A DNA stretch of 36,776 bases, taken from an uncultured Candidatus Bathyarchaeia archaeon (lineage in GTDB: Archaea > Thermoproteota > Bathyarchaeia > TCS64). Of the stretch, positions 8,772 to 16,508 are shown piece after piece. The position numbers were made by a program, and so were the translations under genes. The notes beneath the pieces were generated by a model. That model made no database searches, was not told the origin of the DNA, and worked only from the letters and a program-made list of their open reading frames with translations. Numbering within the stretch: position 1 is the stretch's first letter; every line of letters starts with the position of its first letter. The stretch covers positions 1 through 36,776 of the forward strand of contig CAZTZC010000005.1 of NCBI GenBank assembly GCA_964618045.1, written 5' to 3'.

Positions 8772-8814
8772 TTTATAAGGAATTATCGAACTTGATATCG
8801 AATATGATATCGGA
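8772..8814 (+). promoter_or_regulatory. candidate padR promoter (TATA tttataa 8772-8778) plus 12-bp-phased repeats (A/T)(A/G)T(T/A)ATCG(A/G)A
   Basis: AATTATCGAA (8781-8790), TGATATCGAA (8793-8802) and TGATATCGGA (8805-8814) lie between the TATA-like box and ATG 8838. This is the position expected for a repressor operator. Confidence 0.35.
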
Positions 8815-8837
8815 TTTGATGTTGTTGGTGGTTCACT

Positions 8838-9335
8838 ATGCATAGACACCATAAACCAAGAAGACGTATAGGCGTGCCCAAAGGGATGCTACGCCACATA
8901 TCCCTCATAATACTCAAACAGGAGCCCATGTCCGGCAGCGAGCTCATAGAGCAGATATGCGACTACACCGACTGGCGGCCAAGCCCAGGCAGCATGTATC
9001 CTCTGCTTGCCAGCCTTCAGGAGGAGAACCTCATCAAGCCCTACGAGAGCGATGAGCCGTCCATGAAACGGTTCACCCTGACCGAGGCGGGAGAGAGGCT
9101 CGTGGAGGAACAGAAGACCCACGACCAGGAGATACGCAGCAGGCACAAGAGCGTACGGAAGATCTACTGGAGGCTTCACCGCATGATGCCTCTGGACCTC
9201 TACACGAGCTTCGCCAACTTCTTGGATGTGTTCGAGGGCGTGTTCACTAGAACCGCCGAAGACGAGGAGGCTAAGACGAGACTCATCCAGGCACTCGACG
9301 AAGCCGCGGTTCGCCTCACGGAGATTGCGGCCTAG
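8838..9335 (+). CDS. PadR family transcriptional regulator
   Basis: 165 aa with ..ILKQEPMSGSELIEQI....WRPSPGSMYPLLASLQEENLI.., the PadR wHTH signature. It lies directly upstream of the ABC pair. Confidence 0.85.
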   Translation: MHRHHKPRRRIGVPKGMLRHISLIILKQEPMSGSELIEQICDYTDWRPSPGSMYPLLASLQEENLIKPYESDEPSMKRFTLTEAGERLVEEQKTHDQEIRSRHKSVRKIYWRLHRMMPLDLYTSFANFLDVFEGVFTRTAEDEEAKTRLIQALDEAAVRLTEIAA

Positions 9336-11078
9336 ATGAATGACCTAAGAAGAATCCTGCGGTACGTCGCCCCCTACAAGAAGGAGGTTGTGCTGGCCGT
9401 TGTGTTCCTCGGCCTGGTGGTGGTCACCGACCTCTCCATCCCGAGGCTGGTGCAGGTGATCATCGACGACGGCGTCGCCAACAAGGACATGGAGGTCGTC
9501 GTCAGGACGAGCCTCCTCATGATAGGCGCCAGCATACTCAGCGCGTTGCTGATGATCGCCAACACCGTGTACTCGGTAAGGACCGCCAGGAGCTTCGAGG
9601 CGGACCTACGCGAAGCCGTGTTCAAGAAGATACAGACCTTAAGCTTCGGCAACCTCGACGACTTCACGACGGGCCAGCTGTTGACCCGGCTCACAAGCGA
9701 CATCAACCAGATACAGATGATCGTGCTGATGAGCCTCAGGATGTTCACCAGGGCGCCGCTTATGTTCATCGGCAGCTTCACCATCATGTTCGCAACCAAC
9801 CCGCGTCTCGCCTCCGTCATACTGGCGTTGCTGCCGGTGACGCTGGTGTTGGTCACCGTCTTCGTCAGGACGGTACAGCCCCTGTTCACCCGCGTGCAGG
9901 AGAAGCTCGAATACCTGAACCAGGTCATGCAGGAGAACCTCACGGGCATCAGGGTGGTAAAGGCGTTCGTCCGAAGGGACTACGAGGACAGGAGGTTCGA
10001 CGAGGCTAATAGAGAGCTCTACGGTACCCAGCTTCGGGTGACCCAGCTCCTCAGCATCTTCTTCCCTCTCATCATGTCACTGATGAACCTGGGGACTGTG
10101 GTCATCATCTACTACGGCGGTATACAGGTCTTCGCCGGCACCACAAGCGTCGGCCAGATCATGGCCTTCGTGAACTACCTGTTCGGCACAATGTTCCCGG
10201 TCATGATGCTTAGCATGATGGCGGGCCAGATATCGGCGGCGAACGCCTCGGCGACACGCATCATGCAGGTGCTGGACTCCGTGCCCGAGGTGCAGGACCG
10301 CCCCGAGGCGGTAGCCCTAGACGAGATGAGGGGCAGGGTGGTCTTCGAGGACGTGGGCTTCAGCTACAGGGACGACGGCGGAGACCCCGTGCTCTGCGAC
10401 GTGAGCTTCACTGCGGAGCCCGGGCAGACCGTCGCCATCCTCGGCTCGACCGGCTCCGGTAAGAGCAGCCTCATCAACCTGATACCCAGGTTCTACGACG
10501 TGTCCTCGGGGCGTGTGACCATCGACGGCGTGGACGTCAGGGACATCAAGATGAGCCAGCTCAGGGACCACATCGGCATCAGCCTGCAGGAGGTAACCCT
10601 GTTCAGCGGCACCATCCGGGACAACATAAGGTACGGCAGGCCAGACGCGTCCGAGGAGGAGGTCGTCAGGGCGGCCAAGGCGGCTCAGGCCCACGACTTC
10701 ATCATGGGCTTCCCCGAGGGCTACGACACCATGGTGGGGCAGAGGGGCGTTAACCTCAGCGGCGGCCAGAAGCAGAGGGTGGCCATAGCCCGCGCCCTCC
10801 TCATGAACCCGGTGATACTCATCCTGGACGACAGCACGAGCTCCGTCGACGTGGAGACCGAGACAAGGATCGAGGCCGCCCTAGAGACGCTGATGAAAGG
10901 CAAGACGAGCTTCATCATCGCCCAGCGTATAAGCACGGTGCTCAAAGCAGACAAGATACTGGTACTCGACGAGGGAAGGATAGCCGCGGAGGGCAGCCAC
11001 AGCCAGCTCATGGAGACCAGCCCCATCTACAAGGAGATATATGACAGCCAGCTCGGCGACGGAGGGCTGAACAGATGA
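9336..11078 (+). CDS. ABC exporter fused permease/ATPase, degenerate-site subunit (LmrC/TM287/BmrC-like)
   Basis: Walker A GSTGSGKSS and signature LSGGQKQR. Walker B is ILILDD (Asp codon 10830-10832 replaces the catalytic Glu). The H-loop is IIAQR (Gln 10923-10925 replaces His). Confidence 0.9.
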   Translation: MNDLRRILRYVAPYKKEVVLAVVFLGLVVVTDLSIPRLVQVIIDDGVANKDMEVVVRTSLLMIGASILSALLMIANTVYSVRTARSFEADLREAVFKKIQTLSFGNLDDFTTGQLLTRLTSDINQIQMIVLMSLRMFTRAPLMFIGSFTIMFATNPRLASVILALLPVTLVLVTVFVRTVQPLFTRVQEKLEYLNQVMQENLTGIRVVKAFVRRDYEDRRFDEANRELYGTQLRVTQLLSIFFPLIMSLMNLGTVVIIYYGGIQVFAGTTSVGQIMAFVNYLFGTMFPVMMLSMMAGQISAANASATRIMQVLDSVPEVQDRPEAVALDEMRGRVVFEDVGFSYRDDGGDPVLCDVSFTAEPGQTVAILGSTGSGKSSLINLIPRFYDVSSGRVTIDGVDVRDIKMSQLRDHIGISLQEVTLFSGTIRDNIRYGRPDASEEEVVRAAKAAQAHDFIMGFPEGYDTMVGQRGVNLSGGQKQRVAIARALLMNPVILILDDSTSSVDVETETRIEAALETLMKGKTSFIIAQRISTVLKADKILVLDEGRIAAEGSHSQLMETSPIYKEIYDSQLGDGGLNR

Positions 11079-12919
11079 GCGGACACGCGCCCAGAGGCGG
11101 CGGGGACGAGGAGCGAGAGCAGCGCACCGGCATGATGCATCGGGGCCCCAGAGGCTTCGGCAACATAGAGAAGGCCGAGAACCCGCGGAGTACCCTCACG
11201 AGGCTCCTCGGATACCTCGGAGAGTACAGGCTCCATCTGGCGATGGTGACGGCGTTCACTGTCATCAGCACACTGCTGAACCTCTTTGGACCATACCTCC
11301 AGGGGGTCGCCATCGACAGGTTCATCATCGGCGGAGACGCCGAGGGCCTACTCAGGATCGTGCTGCTATTGGCGGGCACCTACGTGGCTAGCGCCGCCAT
11401 GTCGATAGCAGCTGGCTGGGTCATGGCGACCATCAGCCAGCGTAGCCTCATGAAGCTGAGGAAGCAGCTGTTCGAGCACATGCAGACGCTTAGCCTGAGC
11501 TTCTTCGACAGAAACCAGGCTGGAGACCTCATGAGCAGGCTCACCAACGACGTGGACGCCATAGCGGCTGCGTTGGCGCAGAACGTCACGCAGCTCATCA
11601 GCAACAGCCTGACGCTCGTGGGCATCGTGGCCATGATGTTCTACCTGAACGTCTGGCTGGCGCTGGCGAGCCTCGTCGTGTTCCCGCTGATGGTGGTGTT
11701 CACGGCCGTGGTGAGCGGCAGGACCCGCAGCAGCTTCAGGGGCCTCCAGATGAATCTGGGCAGGCTCAACGGGGTCATGCAGGAGACGCTTACGGGACAG
11801 AAGGTGGTCATCGCCTTCGGTCAGCAGGAGTCCGTGAACAGGAAGTTCACGGCATCGAATATGCAGGTGAAGGAGCTAGGCATCAGGGCCATGACCTACG
11901 CCATGCTGGTACCTCCTCTGATGGGCATCCTCAGCAACGCCAACATAGCCATAGTGGCGGGGGTGGGGGCCTGGATGACCCTAGAGGGGCTCACCACCAT
12001 CGGGACCATCGCGGCGTTCATCACCTATAGCAGGCGCTTCGCGGACCCGCTGCGCCACTTCGCGGACCTCTACAACAGCATCCAGAGCGGTCTGGCCGGC
12101 GCCGAGAGAATATTCTCGGTCATAGACACCGAGCCCGAGGTGATAGATGCTCCAGACGCGGTGGCCGTGGACGACTTCGAGGGGCTCGTGGAGTTCAACG
12201 ACGTCGACTTCAGCTACGTGCCCGAGGTGCAAGTGCTCAGGGACATCACCTTCAAGGCCGAGCCTGGGCAGACCATAGCGCTGGTGGGCCCCACGGGAGC
12301 GGGCAAGACCACGATGGTGAACGTGCTCACCAGGTTCTACGACATCCAGGACGGCAACATCTCCATCGACGGCATGGACATCAGACACGTCAAGAAGGAC
12401 GACCTCCGGCGGCAGCTGGGCATCGTCCTCCAGGACGTTTTCCTGTTCAGCGGCTCCGTGATGGAGAACATCAGGTACGGTAGGCTCGACGCCACAGACG
12501 AGGAGTGCATCGAGGCCGCGAAGCTGGCCAACGCCGACGGCTTCATACGGCGCCTGCCCAAGGGGTACGACACCGACCTCAGCGAACGCGGAGGCAACCT
12601 GAGCCAGGGGCAGCGGCAGCTTCTGAGCATCGCCAGAGCCATAGTGGCGGACCCCGCGATACTGGTGCTGGACGAGGCCACGAGCAGCGTCGACACCCGC
12701 ACAGAGGTGCAGATACAGGAGGCGCTGCTCAGGCTGATGAAGGGAAGGACGAGCTTCGTCATCGCCCACAGGCTGAGCACCATCAGGAACGCCGACATGG
12801 TGCTGGTCATCAACGGCGGCAAGATCATAGAGCGCGGCACCCACGACGAGCTACTGGCGAAGAAGGGGTTCTACTACAACCTCTACATGAGCCAGTTCAA
12901 GGGCACCAACAACGCCTAG
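11075..12919 (+). CDS. ABC exporter fused permease/ATPase, consensus-site subunit (LmrD/TM288/BmrD-like)
   Basis: Walker A GPTGAGKTT, Walker B ILVLDEATS and H-loop VIAHR are all consensus. The signature is non-canonical LSQGQ (12599-12613). ATGA overlap with the upstream gene. Confidence 0.9.
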   Translation: MSGHAPRGGGDEEREQRTGMMHRGPRGFGNIEKAENPRSTLTRLLGYLGEYRLHLAMVTAFTVISTLLNLFGPYLQGVAIDRFIIGGDAEGLLRIVLLLAGTYVASAAMSIAAGWVMATISQRSLMKLRKQLFEHMQTLSLSFFDRNQAGDLMSRLTNDVDAIAAALAQNVTQLISNSLTLVGIVAMMFYLNVWLALASLVVFPLMVVFTAVVSGRTRSSFRGLQMNLGRLNGVMQETLTGQKVVIAFGQQESVNRKFTASNMQVKELGIRAMTYAMLVPPLMGILSNANIAIVAGVGAWMTLEGLTTIGTIAAFITYSRRFADPLRHFADLYNSIQSGLAGAERIFSVIDTEPEVIDAPDAVAVDDFEGLVEFNDVDFSYVPEVQVLRDITFKAEPGQTIALVGPTGAGKTTMVNVLTRFYDIQDGNISIDGMDIRHVKKDDLRRQLGIVLQDVFLFSGSVMENIRYGRLDATDEECIEAAKLANADGFIRRLPKGYDTDLSERGGNLSQGQRQLLSIARAIVADPAILVLDEATSSVDTRTEVQIQEALLRLMKGRTSFVIAHRLSTIRNADMVLVINGGKIIERGTHDELLAKKGFYYNLYMSQFKGTNNA

Positions 12920-12927
12920 AACCCCCC

Positions 12928-12939
12928 TTTTTTAAAAAA
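12928..12939. terminator. T6/A6 tract between convergent genes (possible bidirectional oligo-T terminator)
   Basis: cccccc-tttttt-aaaaaa lies 9 nt after the ABC stop codon. Archaeal termination commonly uses oligo-T tracts. Confidence 0.3.
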
Positions 12940-13288
12940 TATAACGATTCAGCTGGCTCAGGGTCGTGTCGATTCCTGCACTGATGAAGCCTCTGCCTGC
13001 GCCGACCACAATGAACCTGTAGCCCTACTCGATGAGCTCGCCACAGTGGGCGGGACACTTCCCGAACGCTATTCCGGGAGCCACTTTGGAGTCCATGCAT
13101 GCTTCCAGCACCCTGTCCATGGCCTTAACGACCTCCGGGTGCCAGAACTGGCCCATGTAGCCCATGTTCGCCTCGAGGTCGCTGGGGCCTATGAAGGTGG
13201 CGTCCACTCTCACCATAACGTTATCATCGTCGGCCCAGATAACAACCTGAAAGGCGATGAAAGGCATAGAAGGCATGATAACGTTCAC
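12932..13288 (-). pseudogene. HpcH/HpaI-family aldolase remnant (C-terminal third only, with in-frame TAG)
   Basis: ..VDATFIGPSDLEANMGYMGQFWHPEVVKAMDRVLEAC.. matches the conserved ..VD..FIGP.DLS..LG.. region of HpcH/HpaI aldolases. Hand translation shows the frame continues past TAG (13025-13027) as GYRFIVVGAG..IDTTLSQL to TAA at 12932-12934. The N-terminal two thirds are missing and the VOC gene on the other strand occupies that position. Confidence 0.5.
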
Positions 13289-13643
13289 CTACCACGAGGA
13301 CATCGAGGCAGCCGACAAGTTCTACGGCGAGACCCTGGGGCTCGAGCGGGTCATGGACAGGGACTGGGTGAAGATATTCAAGCTGGGCAGAGACAGCCAC
13401 GTCGGCCTCGTCGACTCGGAGAGGGGCTACCTCAAGCCCTCCGAGGAGAAGCCGGTGATGCTCACCATAATAGTCGATGACGCCGAGGAGTGGCACAGAG
13501 AGCTGACGGAGAAAGGCGTCAAGACCAACCACCCACCCAAGGAGGCAGGCGAGATACACATGAAAGGCTTCCTGACCTGGGACCCCTCGGGGTACGTCAT
13601 CGAGATACTAGAGTTCCTGACCAAACCATACGGCGAGAAATAG
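13257..13643 (+). CDS. VOC (glyoxalase/bleomycin-resistance/dioxygenase) family protein, paralogue 2
   Basis: 128 aa with ..ADKFYGETLGLERV.., HVGLVD, DPSGYVIEILEF and the same C-terminal ..KPYG.. as paralogue 1. Confidence 0.8.
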   Translation: MKGIEGMITFTYHEDIEAADKFYGETLGLERVMDRDWVKIFKLGRDSHVGLVDSERGYLKPSEEKPVMLTIIVDDAEEWHRELTEKGVKTNHPPKEAGEIHMKGFLTWDPSGYVIEILEFLTKPYGEK

Positions 13644-13719
13644 ATCACTGATCGAGAAACGTAGCCCACAACCATATAATAGAGCCGGTTAAGGGTTCAG
13701 AGACGAGGAAAAGCTGACA

Positions 13720-13777
13720 CCCCGCTCCAGACGAGGTACGGCGAAACCACTCGTGGTTCGCCCCTCAGGGAGCGGGG
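13720..13777. other. 58-nt nested GC-rich hairpin in a convergent intergenic spacer
   Basis: Outer stem CCCCGCTCC (13720-13728) pairs with GGAGCGGGG (13769-13777), a perfect 9 bp. The inner stem is GGCGAA(A)CCAC / GTGGTTCGCC. It lies between the stops of the VOC gene (+) and the LigD-PE gene (-). Confidence 0.4.
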
Positions 13778-13798
13778 ATTCCTCCAACAACTTATATT

Positions 13799-14407
13799 CT
13801 AAGCGAAGTCGCTGAGTTCGGAGGGCTCCTCCTGATCAGCCACCTCCTCAAGACTGCGGCCGGTCTTAACCGAGTTGGGCTTCTCCGCCAAGACGTCTGA
13901 GCCGGGTCTGGCCTCGCCGTCCTTCATCTTGAAGAAGAGCCAGCGCGGCTTCTGGCCGCCGCCTGTCCTGATGAGAGCGAAGCCGCCTCTCAGCTTGGCT
14001 CCCTTGAGCCACAGCGTGGCGTGGCCCTCCTCAAGGTTCTCCTCGAGTGAGGCGTCCTCCCCCTTAGTGTTATGGTATGTGCCTCGGTCCCATACGATGA
14101 CCGTGCCGGCACCGTAGTGTCCCTCAGGGATCACCCCCTCGAAGTCGGCGTACGCCATGGGGTGGTCCTCCGTGGGGACGGCGAGCCTCCGCACCTTGGG
14201 GTCCATCGAAGGCCCCTTAGGCACTGCCCAAGACTTCAGCACGCCACCAGTCTCTATCCGCAGATCGTAGTGGAGGTTGCTGGCGTCATGTTTCTGTACT
14301 ACGAAGATGGGCTCCCCGTCTCCCTCCTCCACCGCGGGGGCAGGCTCAGGTGTCTCAGTGAAGTCCCTCTTCTCCTTGTACCTTCTCAGAGGATCGGAGT
14401 CAGACAT
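13799..14407 (-). CDS. stand-alone DNA ligase D 3'-phosphoesterase (PE) domain protein
   Basis: ..YKEKRDFTETPEP..FVVQKHDASNLHYDLRIE..VLKSWAVPKGPS..EDHPMAYADFEGVIPEGHYGAGTVIVWD.. is the LigD-PE signature. I trimmed the start to Met-51 of the listed ORF (ATG 14407-14405) so it does not overlap the P0 gene. Confidence 0.85.
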   Translation of the reverse strand: MSDSDPLRRYKEKRDFTETPEPAPAVEEGDGEPIFVVQKHDASNLHYDLRIETGGVLKSWAVPKGPSMDPKVRRLAVPTEDHPMAYADFEGVIPEGHYGAGTVIVWDRGTYHNTKGEDASLEENLEEGHATLWLKGAKLRGGFALIRTGGGQKPRWLFFKMKDGEARPGSDVLAEKPNSVKTGRSLEEVADQEEPSELSDFA

Positions 14408-14460
14408 ACCTATCACTATGATATAATGGTCGATAAATGTAGTGAAAAATGGTTGGTTTA

Positions 14461-15327
14461 TTACTCGACCATCTTCTTGCCTACAGCACTGGCAAGAGAA
14501 TGAGCCTGAGAGTTCGCCTTCGCTATCAGCAGCTCGACGGTGTCCTTCGTGGCCCACTCGGCCTCCAAGGCCACCGAACGCGCCTGCTGGAAAGCCTTCG
14601 CCAGGATGGTCGGCACGGTCGCCGGCGTGAAGTACGCCGCCTCCACTGCCACCTTGAAGGCCCCGCCTATGGCCTGCTCTAGCCTGCTACGGTAGTCGTC
14701 AAGGTCGAGTATCAGCGCGTCGCCGGGTATGATGTCGCCTCTCTCGTAGACCGCCTTCACTCGGAGACCCATCTCTGAGGCCCTTACGCCCATGCGTTGA
14801 AGCAGGTCGACCAGTTCCTCGTTGATCGGCTCACCCGCCTTGCACACGGTGGTGTCCTGCACGACCCAGATGTTGCCGCCCTCTATTCTAGTCCTAACGC
14901 CTAGGACCCCGAACTTGCCGATGAGGGGTCCCGGGCTGAGGCCGGTGTTACCCGCGCTGAGGACGATGTTGTCGAGCGCAAGGTCCCCGGCCTTGGCGAA
15001 GACCCTGACCCTGTTGGCGTCCAGCTCCATGGCGACCTTGAAGGGGTTGCCGTTGGTGAACATGAAGACGTTGGGGCCCGCGACCTGCTCCATGAAGGCG
15101 TCGTAGCTCTCCTTCCCGGCCTGCTCCATGCTTATCCTCATGAGGGTGTTCTTGAGCACCTTGAAACGGAGGCGTCCTCGGAGCTGCCTCCTCATGTCCT
15201 GGAGCATGGCGCTGGTGACCTTGTTCAGGTCGGCGGCGGCGACTATGTCGTACTCGTTCAGTAGCTCGACAGTCTCCTGAACCGTCTCGGTTTTCTCGAT
15301 TGGGATGTGGCTGCTCATGGTCTTCAC
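14461..15327 (-). CDS. rplP0: 50S ribosomal stalk protein P0 (uL10), lacking the usual C-terminal acidic tail
   Basis: 288 aa. The N-terminal uL10 pattern ..DLNKVTSAMLQDMRRQLRGRLRFKVLKNTLM.. is present and the gene follows L1 with no spacer. The protein ends ..AKANSQAHSLASAVGKKMVE, with no Ala/Pro linker or E-rich ..GLGALFG tail. Confidence 0.9.
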   Translation of the reverse strand: MKTMSSHIPIEKTETVQETVELLNEYDIVAAADLNKVTSAMLQDMRRQLRGRLRFKVLKNTLMRISMEQAGKESYDAFMEQVAGPNVFMFTNGNPFKVAMELDANRVRVFAKAGDLALDNIVLSAGNTGLSPGPLIGKFGVLGVRTRIEGGNIWVVQDTTVCKAGEPINEELVDLLQRMGVRASEMGLRVKAVYERGDIIPGDALILDLDDYRSRLEQAIGGAFKVAVEAAYFTPATVPTILAKAFQQARSVALEAEWATKDTVELLIAKANSQAHSLASAVGKKMVE

Positions 15328-15972
15328 CTAGTACACCTTGACGGTGTCTCCCATTGTGAGCTTCAGGAACACGCTTTGTATGTTCGCGAAGCCACGCTTC
15401 GTCGCACTGGTCAGGTTTGTCATGACCGCCTCGATGTTCTGGGCGACGCCCTCGTCGCTCATCTCCTCCTTTCCGACTATGCAGTGGATAAACGGTTTGT
15501 CCCTGCTGCGTAGCACAACCGTGCGGCGCTCGCGCTCGATGATGTTGTCTATGGGCGCCTGCGGCGGCACGGGGGTGGGCATCTTCCCCCTTGGGCCCAG
15601 TATCGGACCTGCGACGCGGCCTACTGTCGGCATCATAGGTGCCTCAGCGACGAACACGTCATAATCTTTCAGCGCGTTTTTCGCGGCTTTCTTGTCCGTC
15701 GCGAGCTGATCAAGTTCAGTGGGCTCTACCACTGCGTCCGCTCCTGCCCTCCTTGCTCTCAGCGCGAGGTCGCCCGAGGCGAATACGAGCACCTTCCGGG
15801 CGCCAACCCCGTTGGGGAGCTGGACCCGGATGTTGACTCTGTTATCAGGCCTGTTCATGTCGAGCTCCCTTAGGTTCACGGCGAGGTCGAAGCTCTGCTC
15901 GAAGTTACGAGCCGGGGCTACCTCCCTAGCCTTCGCGATTGCTTCAAGTATCTGTTTCCTTGGGAGAGACAT
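15328..15972 (-). CDS. rpl1: 50S ribosomal protein L1 (uL1)
   Basis: 214 aa with ..NFEQSFDLAVNLRELDM..VQLPNGVG.., in the conserved position between L11 and P0. Confidence 0.93.
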   Translation of the reverse strand: MSLPRKQILEAIAKAREVAPARNFEQSFDLAVNLRELDMNRPDNRVNIRVQLPNGVGARKVLVFASGDLALRARRAGADAVVEPTELDQLATDKKAAKNALKDYDVFVAEAPMMPTVGRVAGPILGPRGKMPTPVPPQAPIDNIIERERRTVVLRSRDKPFIHCIVGKEEMSDEGVAQNIEAVMTNLTSATKRGFANIQSVFLKLTMGDTVKVY

Positions 15973-16014
15973 TGATGATTCCTCTCTTTCTCACCAGAGA
16001 TAGGTTATAAAGGT

Positions 16015-16503
16015 TTATTCAGACCCCGCCAGCTGCTCGTCATACTCGCCTGCGAGGATGGCGTCCTGAACCTCCTTGGCGTGGCGGCCGTCGACGGTTA
16101 CGCCGGCGCTCTGGCACGTACCTAGCACTTCCCGCACAGCGGCCTTCATGCCCGCCGCGTATATCCCCCCTCTCTTCTTCTTGGCGATGCCGATGAGCTG
16201 CTCGAAGCTGAGGTCAGCGGCGAAGTTGGTGTTCGGCACACCTGACCCTTTTTCGATTCCTGTGGCCTGGCTGATCAGCGCGAAGGTGGTGAGCATGCCT
16301 ATCTTCACCGAGAACTCCCTGGTGTCGGTGTCGATTGTCACGTCCACCGGGACCGGGAGCCCATCGTACTCCATCGTCTCCTCGTTGATCTTGTTGACGA
16401 TGGCCATGATGTTGACGCCCATGGGGCCCAGCGCGGGGCCGATGGGTGGGCCACCCGTGGCCTTTCCTCCGTTGACGATGAAGTTGAAAGTCTTCTCTAC
16501 CAT
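16015..16503 (-). CDS. rpl11: 50S ribosomal protein L11 (uL11)
   Basis: 162 aa with ..GGKATGGPPIGPALGPMGVNIMAIVNKINEET.., the hallmark uL11 N-terminal domain. Confidence 0.95.
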   Translation of the reverse strand: MVEKTFNFIVNGGKATGGPPIGPALGPMGVNIMAIVNKINEETMEYDGLPVPVDVTIDTDTREFSVKIGMLTTFALISQATGIEKGSGVPNTNFAADLSFEQLIGIAKKKRGGIYAAGMKAAVREVLGTCQSAGVTVDGRHAKEVQDAILAGEYDEQLAGSE

Positions 16504-16508
16504 TACAT

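Noticed and set aside
8661-8852. 63-aa minus-strand ORF in the AT-rich spacer upstream of padR.
   Set aside because: It is AT-rich with atypical codon usage, has no start context and overlaps the padR promoter, operator and start. It is most likely non-coding.
13025-13027. In-frame TAG inside the aldolase-like reading frame, considered as a possible pyrrolysine or readthrough codon.
   Set aside because: TAG is used as the ordinary stop of many clear genes here, including nrdH, nrdD, both VOC genes, padR, the second ABC gene and L1. The gene is also N-terminally deleted, so a pseudogene mutation is the simpler reading.
14408-14557. Upstream 50 codons of the listed LigD-PE ORF, which overlap the 3' end of the P0 gene.
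   Set aside because: Homology to LigD-PE begins right after Met-51 (MSDSDPLRRYKEKRDF..). The extension crosses an AT-rich spacer and then reads out-of-frame (same strand) across the P0 coding sequence.
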